From positions 1 through 47,499 of the forward strand of contig JAFCCO010000012.1 in the NCBI GenBank assembly GCA_017610175.1: 47,499 nt of DNA, written 5' to 3'. Under the pieces are notes generated by a model, which saw nothing but the letters and a program-made list of their open reading frames with translations, was not told where the DNA came from and ran no database searches. Numbering within the stretch: position 1 is the stretch's first letter; every line of letters begins with the position of its first letter. This DNA comes from Candidatus Iainarchaeum sp. (GTDB lineage Archaea > Iainarchaeota > Iainarchaeia > Iainarchaeales > GCA-2688035). The position numbers and the translations under genes are program-made. This document shows, piece by piece, positions 1 through 8,071 of this stretch.

Positions 1-69
1 CCAGTTGCACAGCCGGAAAACCTTGAATTCATCGAAGCAAAAATCGAAGAAGACAGCAACTCAGAGTAA
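1..69 (+). CDS. 3' end of an upstream gene (partial, ...PENLEFIEAKIEEDSNSE*)
   Basis: Frame 1 is open from the window start to TAA at 67-69, directly before the RBS of the next gene. Confidence 0.5.
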   Translation, partial: PVAQPENLEFIEAKIEEDSNSE

Positions 70-90
70 TTGGAGGTAGAGGGGTTAAAA

Positions 91-1671
91 ATGAACAAAA
101 CACTTGCAGCACTCGTGACAATTCTACTGTTCGCCTCAACAGCCACTGCATACGATGCAGGCGACAAAAACACCTGGATTGACTGGTTGGATGAAGAAAA
201 CAAAGAGAGCCTGCTTTCAGACTACGAACTGGTTGCCGCATTCAATGGTTCAGAAATTGCAACCCCCGTTTTTGTGGCCAGCCCGGATAACAACCTGGAC
301 TACTACCTCGTCCCGTTTGAAAAGCAGGAAACCGCTGTCGGAGTAATGGTGATTGACGCCCAAAACGGGCACTTCAGAGGGATAAAACTTTACACAGGTT
401 CAGAACAATACCTAGTTTACAGGAACAAAGCAAGCGCTCTCGCAAAGATAAAAGAAGGAATTAACCCGGCGCCCTTGGAAACAATTGCGCTTGAATTTGG
501 ATTTGAAAGCGAAAGCGCGGGCCTTGTGTGGAAAAACGGAGAATACACAAAAAGTCCGTTCGACCCATACTGGGGAGTGCAAATTGAGGACGGAGAATGG
601 GTAATCAAAGCAAACGGGACAGTAATTGAACTCAACGCAATTACCTCCGACGAGGCAGACACAAACATTTCAGTCACAGAAGGAGTTGCCCCAAACTCGG
701 AGGGCTTCTACACCGCGGGAAAATACTATGAAATCTCAAACACTGAACTGGTTAACGGGACATTTAATGTTGAACTTACGTTCAGCTACGATGATAAAGA
801 TGACGACGGAACAGTTGACGGAACAGAAATTGATGAAGCAAACCTTAATGTTTACTACTGGAATGGGGAAGCATGGGATTTAATTGAGGGAGCGGAAAGG
901 AATGCAGAAGAAAACACAATTACTGTTACAGTAAACCACTTCACAGTATTTGCACTAATGCAACCCGAACCAGCACCTGAACCGGAACCACAGCCGGCAC
1001 CGCAACCGGCTCCAACCCTACCGGCAGACACATCAAGGGGAAATCCGGGAACAGGCAGGGGAAGCAGTGGAGGCGCAGTGCAGAAGATTTCCATCACAGG
1101 AAACTGTGCAGGCGAAGAGATTACAGTAAGTGCGGTTAACGCATACGACAGTCCACTTAAAGGGGTCTCAGTGCAGGCAATCAAAGACAGAGAAACAGCC
1201 CAGGAAGAGAAAACAGGGGAAGACGGAATTGTTTCGCTTGAACTGCAAGAAGCAGGGGAATACATTATTGCTGCAAGAAAAGGAGGCTTCAAGTCGGTTA
1301 CAAAAAGAATTGATGTTGTGGACTGCCCGGAACCCGAACCGGAAAACCTCTGCGAAAACGTTGAGTGCGACGACAAGAATCCGTGCACTACCGACTTATG
1401 CACTGCCGAAACAGGCGCATGCGTAAATGACGGTGTTGCAGACGGAGCAAACTGCGGCAACGAAAAAGAATGCACAGCAGGGCAATGCGGAGCAGTTGAA
1501 GCAGTTGAAATAGCCAGCGCACAGCCGGCAGAAGAGCAAAAGGCTGGAACAAGCACACCGACAGGAATGTTTACAGCCGGAGCAGACAGCAGCGTTGCAT
1601 TAATTGGGGCAGTGCTTGCGATTGCAATAATCGGAGCCGGAATGTTTTTGCGAAAAAATAAAAGGCAATAA
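91..1671 (+). CDS. Modular secreted, membrane-anchored surface protein
   Basis: ATG at 91 follows a GGAGGT/GAGGGG-rich leader. Signal peptide MNKTLAALVTILLFASTATA, YYWNG..W...NHFTVFAL motif, Pro-rich linker, Cys-rich CDDKNPCTTDLC module, C-terminal TM helix and basic tail. Confidence 0.8.
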   Translation: MNKTLAALVTILLFASTATAYDAGDKNTWIDWLDEENKESLLSDYELVAAFNGSEIATPVFVASPDNNLDYYLVPFEKQETAVGVMVIDAQNGHFRGIKLYTGSEQYLVYRNKASALAKIKEGINPAPLETIALEFGFESESAGLVWKNGEYTKSPFDPYWGVQIEDGEWVIKANGTVIELNAITSDEADTNISVTEGVAPNSEGFYTAGKYYEISNTELVNGTFNVELTFSYDDKDDDGTVDGTEIDEANLNVYYWNGEAWDLIEGAERNAEENTITVTVNHFTVFALMQPEPAPEPEPQPAPQPAPTLPADTSRGNPGTGRGSSGGAVQKISITGNCAGEEITVSAVNAYDSPLKGVSVQAIKDRETAQEEKTGEDGIVSLELQEAGEYIIAARKGGFKSVTKRIDVVDCPEPEPENLCENVECDDKNPCTTDLCTAETGACVNDGVADGANCGNEKECTAGQCGAVEAVEIASAQPAEEQKAGTSTPTGMFTAGADSSVALIGAVLAIAIIGAGMFLRKNKRQ

Positions 1672-1753
1672 TGAATTAGATAAACTGACAAGACCAAGTT
1701 TCTTTGATTGGCAAAAAAAACAAGGTTTAAAGCCACAAGAAAATTAACTTTTT

Positions 1754-2260
1754 TTAACTAGTGTATATTCGAGATTGAACTTTCACCAAATTTTGAGCTG
1801 AAAACCGCGGTTGCTTGCCGTCCATTTTTTGCAGCATTCTGTGAACCTCACCCAAAACAATGTCCCTTTGCTTGGCTTCCTTAACAAGTTTGGCAATTGT
1901 TTCCCCAACAGGCTCTTCCCCGTTCTCCAGAAATGAATCGATTTGCCTGCAGGACTCTTCAACAATTTCAACACCCCGATTTTCGTAGTCTTGCTTCACC
2001 CGCTCAAGGAACGAAGTCATCTGCTCAACATACCGCAGGGAAATACGATACTTAAAACTCTCTTTGGTCAGCACGCCACCCAAAACCATTTTCTTCAAAA
2101 GCTTGTGAACCGCCTGATAAGAAACCCCTTTCCCATGATACCTATTCAGCCTCAACAAAACCTGCTTCCCAGTCAAAGGAAACTCCCTACTCAAAATATC
2201 CAGTAGCATTTCCCGAACTGACAACGAGGGCGTAGTTCCCAAAGTTCTCAACTCTTGCAA
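1754..2260 (-). CDS. Winged-helix DNA-binding protein / putative regulator
   Basis: LLDILSREFPLTGKQV...VSYQAVHKLLKKMV.GGVL wHTH pattern; TTG start preceded by GAGGGG. Confidence 0.7.
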   Translation of the reverse strand: MQELRTLGTTPSLSVREMLLDILSREFPLTGKQVLLRLNRYHGKGVSYQAVHKLLKKMVLGGVLTKESFKYRISLRYVEQMTSFLERVKQDYENRGVEIVEESCRQIDSFLENGEEPVGETIAKLVKEAKQRDIVLGEVHRMLQKMDGKQPRFSAQNLVKVQSRIYTS

Positions 2261-2397
2261 AAGGTCCCCTCAATAACCTGCTTTGCAGTCTTCACTTCAC
2301 CCAAAAACAAAACATAGAAAACCTTAGCTGAGTTTAGGCCAAAATTCCCTGTCAGGTCGTGAAAAATACTTTTTAGTTCCAATGCTTGCTTTCCCAT
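2248..2397 (-). pseudogene. Truncated TrmB-like HTH N-terminal fragment
   Basis: MGKQALELKSIFHDLTGNFGLNSAKVFYVLFLGEVKTAKQVIEGT resembles TrmB helices 1-2 but stops before the recognition helix. Confidence 0.45.
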
Positions 2398-2500
2398 TTC
2401 CAGATCACTTTGATTTGAGTGCAAGTGGATTTCCAGACTCAAAAGCCAAGCAGAAAAGCACCTGCGGTATATAGACTCCGTTGTCTGGCTTTTTATGCGT

Positions 2501-2528
2501 AGTTAATAAGTTTTTATAATTAACTTAT
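2501..2528 (+). promoter_or_regulatory. TATA box embedded in overlapping inverted repeats (putative operator)
   Basis: AGTTAAT-N11-ATTAACT (2501-2525) and ATAAGTT-N9-AACTTAT (2506-2528) surround TTTTATA, about 25-30 nt upstream of GTG 2542. Confidence 0.45.
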
Positions 2529-2541
2529 CAATTAATAATAA

Positions 2542-3822
2542 GTGAAAGTTATGCTTGAGATGGATGATTCTTTTGAAATCCCCCCTGAGTACCGGGCAAT
2601 CTTTAATGAAGCAGTCAAACCAAAACTCGAATCAGGAGGCAGTGTAAACATTTTCTTTTCCTCAAATTTCTTTAATTTTAATTATTATTACCTTAGCCAG
2701 TTCCTGTTTCTTTCTAAACTTGCAAGATCAGACAATGTCCGCTTTTACATTACGCTGGCAGACACTGTTTTGTTTGCTAAAAAACATGTTCATTTTTCTT
2801 CACCAATGGCGTCCCGGAAAGAAGTAGTAATTCAGGAGAATCTAGACAAAATGAAGGACATTTTGATCTCTTTTGGGATAAAAGAAAAGAACCTTTTTGT
2901 TGTGAGAGCATCAGAGGCATGGCTAAAATTCCTTAAGCTGGATGAACAAAAAATCATGGAATTTTATAAAGCACTCAGCCTTTTTCCAAACAATGCATTA
3001 AACATTCCGGACTGGTGGATCAAAAGATATTATGTTCCCAAAAAGACACATTTTTCTCTTGCTTATGTGATACAAAAGTATATTGATCTATTTACCTGTA
3101 AATATTTTAGCCAGATTTACCCTGCAGAGATTGAAGGGAAAATTGATATTTTTATAAGCGGCAACGCAGGAAGCCGGCTTCTTTTAGTAGCAAAGAACAC
3201 TATGGATGATGAAAAAATAACCTCTAAGGATCTTCCCGTTCTTGTAATGAGAGGCATCCCCTGCTTTGGCCATACTGCTTTGGTGAACGAAAAGTTCTGC
3301 ATGCCTTCAATCGAAATGAATCTGCAGGAAATTTACTCGGTGATAAAAAAGTACAAAGTTTCAACAAAACACATTAACTTACTGTTCGACGTACTTCTAA
3401 ACAAAGTCCTTGATGAGTTTGTAGAATTCGATGATTGGCACCGTGCAAAAAAAACAAATGTACCTCCAAAACTTTCAAAACAGCAACTCAAAGACCAACG
3501 CATGCTTCTGGCATACAACTTAAAACTTTACTTGGAAAATATCAAAAAAGGGATTCATAAAAGAGAGCAGGTTCAGTATTATTCGATTAGCAAAACAGAT
3601 GAAATAATAGAAGTCAACAAAATTCTTAGAAGCCGTCTTGCATTGGACATTCTTCGCCTTGCAAACGGCACAAATTCCCTGACAGAAATTTCAAAGAATC
3701 TTGACAAACACATTTCTAATGTCAGCGCGGTTGTTTCAAAACTAAAGGAAAGGGGATTTGTTTCAAGTAACAAAGAAGGTAAACTGGTTAGAACAATTAA
3801 ATCTCTTAAAATAAGTTTTTAG
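2542..3822 (+). CDS. Degenerate TyrRS-like (class Ic aaRS fold) protein fused to a C-terminal ArsR/MarR-like winged HTH
   Basis: Motif order mirrors archaeal TyrRS: YLSQFLFLSKL...FYITLAD, IDIFISG, PSIEMNLQEIYSVIKK, LAYNLKLYLENIKK. HIGH and KMSKS are lost. C-terminal LDILRLANGTNSLTEISKNLDKHISNVSAVVSKLKERGFV is a clear HTH. Confidence 0.65.
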   Translation: MKVMLEMDDSFEIPPEYRAIFNEAVKPKLESGGSVNIFFSSNFFNFNYYYLSQFLFLSKLARSDNVRFYITLADTVLFAKKHVHFSSPMASRKEVVIQENLDKMKDILISFGIKEKNLFVVRASEAWLKFLKLDEQKIMEFYKALSLFPNNALNIPDWWIKRYYVPKKTHFSLAYVIQKYIDLFTCKYFSQIYPAEIEGKIDIFISGNAGSRLLLVAKNTMDDEKITSKDLPVLVMRGIPCFGHTALVNEKFCMPSIEMNLQEIYSVIKKYKVSTKHINLLFDVLLNKVLDEFVEFDDWHRAKKTNVPPKLSKQQLKDQRMLLAYNLKLYLENIKKGIHKREQVQYYSISKTDEIIEVNKILRSRLALDILRLANGTNSLTEISKNLDKHISNVSAVVSKLKERGFVSSNKEGKLVRTIKSLKISF

Positions 3823-4531
3823 ATCTTCTTTCCCTTTGAAACTTTTCTAATCTCGTTGAGCAGCTCAGTAACAATGTCTTTTTCTGCCACTCTTTTTACA
3901 ATTTTGCCTTTTCTGAAAATAACTCCACACTTTTTTCCGCCAGCAACCCCAACATCCGCATTCTTTGCCTCACCTGGGCCATTCACCACACAGCCCATAA
4001 TCGCAATAGTTATAGGGCCCTCCAGCTTAACAGTTGCTTTCTCAACTTGCGAAACAAGCTTTGAAAGATTTACTTCGGTTCTTCCACAAGTCGGGCAAGA
4101 AATGATGTTTCTCCCCCTGTGTCTAATATCAAGACTTTTAAGAATTTCCCACCCAGCCACTACTTCTTCAACAGGATTGCCAGTTAAGGAAACACGTATT
4201 GTGTTACCAATTCCCTCTTCCAACAAGCATCCAATCCCAATAGATGATTTTATTACCCCTGTTTTTAATGGCCCAGCCTGAGTGACCCCTAAGTGAATTG
4301 GATAATTTGTCTTTTCAGATAACAATCGATTTGCATCAATCATTTGTTGTGCATTCGAGCTCTTTAATGAGATAACAAGGTCAGTAAAATCGTTTTTTTC
4401 ACAAAACCGAATATGTTTTAGCGCAGATTCAACCATTGCCCGGGAAGTAAGCCCACCAAATCGTTTCAACAAACCTTCTTCAACAGACCCGCTGTTCACG
4501 CCTATTCTGATAGGCAGTGAATAATCTTTTG
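3819..4531 (-). pseudogene. ispG: 5'-truncated (E)-4-hydroxy-3-methylbut-2-enyl-diphosphate synthase (IspG/GcpE)
   Basis: AKDYSLPIRIGVNSGS, SLKSS, HLGVT.AG, GIGNTIRVSLT, ISCPTCGRT, MGCVVNGPGEA. The frame is closed upstream by the Fic stop codon at 4544-4546, so the N-terminal part of the TIM barrel is missing. Confidence 0.85.
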
Positions 4532-4543
4532 CGAAATAAAATT

Positions 4544-5488
4544 TTATGCTTTTTGCTTAAGAAATATTTTTGTCTGCCTTAAGAATTCTTTTAGTGCAAA
4601 TCCAACGATTTTTTTTGGCTGATTTTTTTCAACCGAAGTTATCAACGCATGAAAATACGGCTCTTTATTCAGTGAGATGTTAAGCAACGGAAACCCCTCA
4701 TCCAAAAATGTTTTGTTGAATATGAGCCTGCAAATTCTTTTGTTTCCGTCAAGAAACGGATGAATTTTGTATAATTTGTAGTGCGCCATTGCCGCCTTTT
4801 CAACAGGGTTCAGTTTTGTTGAATTATACCATTCAATGAACTCATCAAGCAATTCGTTTAATTCATTATGATGCGGTGGCCTGTAACTTATTTCCACTCC
4901 GAACGGGTTTTTTGGATCCTGCTTGTGTACATAAACCTGCCTGCCTCTTACCCGGCCAGGTGTTTTCCCCTCAAAGTTAACCATTATTTTTTTGTGCAAT
5001 TCCAGCAAATACTTTTTGTCAAGTTTGTGTTCTTCTTTTATTAACTCAACCGCTTTAAGCATATTTTTGCTTATTTGCTCCCGCATACTTAACTGCTTGC
5101 CTTTTTCAAAAGCGTTAACAACATCCTCCAAACTTACATCAACATCTTCAGTGGTAAGGGTTGTTAATGTAAATAATATTGTACTGTCAACTTCATACTT
5201 TCTTTTTTGCACTTTGGAAAAGGAAGCAAACTTTTTGTTGAAAGCTTCTTTAAAGAGCAATGATTTTATGAGGTCATCATAGGAAATAAATTCGTTTTCA
5301 TAATCTTTTCCTGAAAGTTTTGAAATTATTTCACCCCTAAAAGACCCCTCAATCCTTGCCAATTCACCTTTTGATGGCTTTTCCACCCCGACATATTTAC
5401 TAAAAGCCCTTAGTTTTGATAAAACCCGATAGCTAAGCTCAAGATAATAATACTTTTTTCCATGAATTTTTTTAGTGCGCAGTCGCAT
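4544..5488 (-). CDS. Fic family protein with basic N-terminal beta-hairpin domain
   Basis: Fic motif HPFLDGNKRICR; N-terminus MRLRTKKIHGKKYYYLELSYR. Confidence 0.9.
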   Translation of the reverse strand: MRLRTKKIHGKKYYYLELSYRVLSKLRAFSKYVGVEKPSKGELARIEGSFRGEIISKLSGKDYENEFISYDDLIKSLLFKEAFNKKFASFSKVQKRKYEVDSTILFTLTTLTTEDVDVSLEDVVNAFEKGKQLSMREQISKNMLKAVELIKEEHKLDKKYLLELHKKIMVNFEGKTPGRVRGRQVYVHKQDPKNPFGVEISYRPPHHNELNELLDEFIEWYNSTKLNPVEKAAMAHYKLYKIHPFLDGNKRICRLIFNKTFLDEGFPLLNISLNKEPYFHALITSVEKNQPKKIVGFALKEFLRQTKIFLKQKA

Positions 5489-5497
5489 ACAAATAAT

Positions 5498-5587
5498 TAG
5501 GCCAACAAACCTATTTTAAATAGTTAGCCTAAAAACAAGTGGTTTTAACATTTTAAGCCAACAAAAAACTCAAAAAAAGTTAGCCTA
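5498..5587. promoter_or_regulatory. Two tandem palindromic operator-like sites upstream of the Fic gene
   Basis: TAGGCCAAC-N16-GTTAGCCTA (5498-5531) and TAAGCCAAC-N16-GTTAGCCTA (5554-5587), 56 bp apart; the first brackets a TTTAAA box. Confidence 0.6.
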
Positions 5588-5703
5588 CAGCCCCCCACAG
5601 TTTTATGCCCAAAACACACAGACTTATACATAACACTGTTCCGAATTCCGCAGCATAAAGTTGTATTTTTAAATACTTTTCAGCGAAAAATCTTGTGATT
5701 GCA

Positions 5704-6744
5704 ATGAGAAAGACTAGTGTTGGGATTTTGGGCGCAACAGGAACTGTTGGGCAAAGATTCATTCAGCTAATGGAGGGGCATCCTTGGTTTAAGGTAACAG
5801 CCCTTGGCGCAAGCGAGAGAAGCGCGGGAAAGTCATACAAAGAGGCCGTTGCAGGGAGATGGAAGCTTAGCGCCGACATTCCGGAGTATGCAAGGGATAT
5901 GCAGGTTGAGGAATGCAAGTCCGGAATGGACTGCGACCTTGTTTTTGGTGCTTTGGACAGCAGTGTTGCAGGGCCGATTGAAACCGAGTTTGCAGAGGAA
6001 GGCTACTTTGTTGTGAGCAACAGCAAAAACCACCGGTTTGACAAAAACGTTCCGCTGATGAGCGCGGAAGTTAATCCAGAGCACCTTGCTTTGCTTGAAA
6101 GGCAAAAGACCAGGGGAAAAATTATTACAAACAGCAACTGCACAATTATGGGAATCACAATTACGTTCAAGGCGTTGATGGACGCATTCGGGTTGGAGCA
6201 GGCGGCAGTTTTTAGCATGCAGGCAATAAGCGGAGCGGGCTATCCAGGAATTCCAAGCCTGGACATCCTTGGAAACGTTGTTCCATTTATTTCCGGAGAG
6301 GAGGAAAAAACCGAGACAGAGCCATTGAAGATTCTTGGAAAGCTAACCGAGAACGGAATTGAGAACGCAGACATTAAGATTACCGCGCACTGCAACCGTG
6401 TTCCGGTTACAGACGGGCACACAGTGTGCGTTTCTGTTAAACTAAGGGATGAAGCAACCGTTGAGGAAATTACCAGAACAATGTCCCGCTTTAAGGGGGA
6501 ACCTCAGAAGCTCAACCTTCCAAGCGCACCAAAGAAGGCAATTGTTGTAAGGAAAGAGCCTGACAGGCCGCAGGCAAGACTTGACCTGATGACAGGCAGG
6601 GGAATGACAACAACAGTTGGGCGAATAAGGGAAGACAACTTGCTTGATTTCAAGTACGCAACCCTAAGCCACAATACAATGCGCGGGGCGGCCGGGGCTG
6701 CTTTGCTCAACGCAGAACTGATTAAGGCAAAAGGGCTTATTTAA
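5704..6744 (+). CDS. asd: Aspartate-semialdehyde dehydrogenase (archaeal/fungal type)
   Basis: GILGATGTVGQRF, NSNCT, QAISGAGYPG, CNRVPV.DGH, HNTMRGAAG. Confidence 0.95.
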   Translation: MRKTSVGILGATGTVGQRFIQLMEGHPWFKVTALGASERSAGKSYKEAVAGRWKLSADIPEYARDMQVEECKSGMDCDLVFGALDSSVAGPIETEFAEEGYFVVSNSKNHRFDKNVPLMSAEVNPEHLALLERQKTRGKIITNSNCTIMGITITFKALMDAFGLEQAAVFSMQAISGAGYPGIPSLDILGNVVPFISGEEEKTETEPLKILGKLTENGIENADIKITAHCNRVPVTDGHTVCVSVKLRDEATVEEITRTMSRFKGEPQKLNLPSAPKKAIVVRKEPDRPQARLDLMTGRGMTTTVGRIREDNLLDFKYATLSHNTMRGAAGAALLNAELIKAKGLI

Positions 6745-7313
6745 GCAATTGGCTTTGCAGTCTGGGCTGCGAATTTTTTCAGGTAAAGGGATACCGCTAC
6801 AGCCCCAAGGGACAGAACAAACATTGCGGCAAACAAGGTGCGAAAGCCGTAAACCGATGCAATGAAACCGCCTGCAAGCGCGGCTATTCCCGTAAAAATA
6901 AATGCTGTGCTTTCCCAAAGGCCCCACTCCATTACAAACTTTCCCCTGTCAAGAAGCCTGCTGTAAAGCCCGTCAAAGGCAGGGTTTGTTATCGCCGTGC
7001 TTATTCCAAAAACAATCTGCACAATAAAAAGATGAACCGGCGTTTCAACAAATAGCAGGCCAAGGAATCCAAGACTTGCAAGCGCGTAACCCATCACAAC
7101 CAAATTTTCCTGGTGCTTTACGCTGTTCTCCCATTTTGAGATAAAGAAAATGAGTATTCCGGCGGCGATGCTGAATGCAGCGTAGGCTTCCCCCGCGACA
7201 AGCAAATCCCCCCCAATTTCCTCAACAAAAACGGCGTAGAGTGGGACAAACATTCCGGCTGCAAGGCTTGAAAAAGCAGATACCACCAGGAGAACTTTTA
7301 GTGCCTTGTTCAT
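6741..7313 (-). CDS. Half-size (about 6 TM) MFS-like transporter
   Basis: 190 aa hydrophobic protein with MFS N-domain-like pattern (PLYAVFVEEIGG, QIVFGIS.A...PAF). Confidence 0.7.
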   Translation of the reverse strand: MNKALKVLLVVSAFSSLAAGMFVPLYAVFVEEIGGDLLVAGEAYAAFSIAAGILIFFISKWENSVKHQENLVVMGYALASLGFLGLLFVETPVHLFIVQIVFGISTAITNPAFDGLYSRLLDRGKFVMEWGLWESTAFIFTGIAALAGGFIASVYGFRTLFAAMFVLSLGAVAVSLYLKKFAAQTAKPIA

Positions 7314-7323
7314 TTAGAATCAC

Positions 7324-8019
7324 TTATAAAAATGTCCCAGCCGCAGCAAGCAATATAACACTTAGCAAAAAGCCCGCCATAAAGAACAACGGGTCCCCCT
7401 TTCGGCCCTTTGGAATCGTGTCCCTAATTACAACATACAGCAGCGCGCCCACCACAAACGAAAACAGCAGGTAATAGGTGCCTTCAGCGGGCGAAATGAG
7501 GAATGCAAACGCAACCCCAAGCAGTGGCGAAAAAGTGAGCAGCACACTCTGAATGCTTTTTCTCGAGTAAACCTCGTCAAGATGCGTTAGCGAAAGAGAG
7601 CTTGAGAGGGTGTGCAAAAGAAGCGGAATGAAGATTAATATCCTGAATGATTCAGAGGGAACGGAGAGGGTTAGAAAGAGCGCAACACCGACCGTAAAGT
7701 GGTCAATGAAAAACCCAAGGGCGTGAACAGCCTGAAGCTCGCTTAAGAGCTCCCGCTTGTTTGTAATATGCTGATAAATGTATTTTTCACCAATGTGGAA
7801 GATTACGAATCCGAGGAGAAGCGCAAGGAATGCAATTCTTCCCGCAAACTCAATTCCCGCAAAGAATTCGGGAAGGAGATCAAGGAAAATGAATGTAATG
7901 AACAGCCCTGCTGAAAAGGACAGCAATTCCGAGTGAAACCGCTCAATCTTGGGGCTGTATTCCTCACTGAAAAAATGCACCATAGAGAGTATAAATGCAA
8001 GCACAAAAGGCACTATCAT
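7324..8019 (-). CDS. ZIP-like (ZupT) metal transporter, divergent
   Basis: LLSFSAGLFITFIFLDLLPE, H..EKYI, LLLHT, GALLYVVIRDTIP. Confidence 0.7.
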   Translation of the reverse strand: MIVPFVLAFILSMVHFFSEEYSPKIERFHSELLSFSAGLFITFIFLDLLPEFFAGIEFAGRIAFLALLLGFVIFHIGEKYIYQHITNKRELLSELQAVHALGFFIDHFTVGVALFLTLSVPSESFRILIFIPLLLHTLSSSLSLTHLDEVYSRKSIQSVLLTFSPLLGVAFAFLISPAEGTYYLLFSFVVGALLYVVIRDTIPKGRKGDPLFFMAGFLLSVILLAAAGTFL

Positions 8020-8071
8020 GGTTTTAAAGAGGGTGTTTCTGCTTAAAAACTTTTACTGGCTTTGTTTTTGT

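Noticed and set aside
855-1736. 293-aa minus-strand ORF; likewise 13362-14027, 25937-26680, 29040-29624 and 30925-31635
   Set aside because: All are antisense to well-supported genes
2248-2270. Programmed -1 frameshift joining the TrmB-like fragment to the wHTH ORF
   Set aside because: There is no canonical slippery heptamer, the fusion would still lack the TrmB recognition helix, and the downstream ORF has its own RBS (GAGGGG) and TTG start
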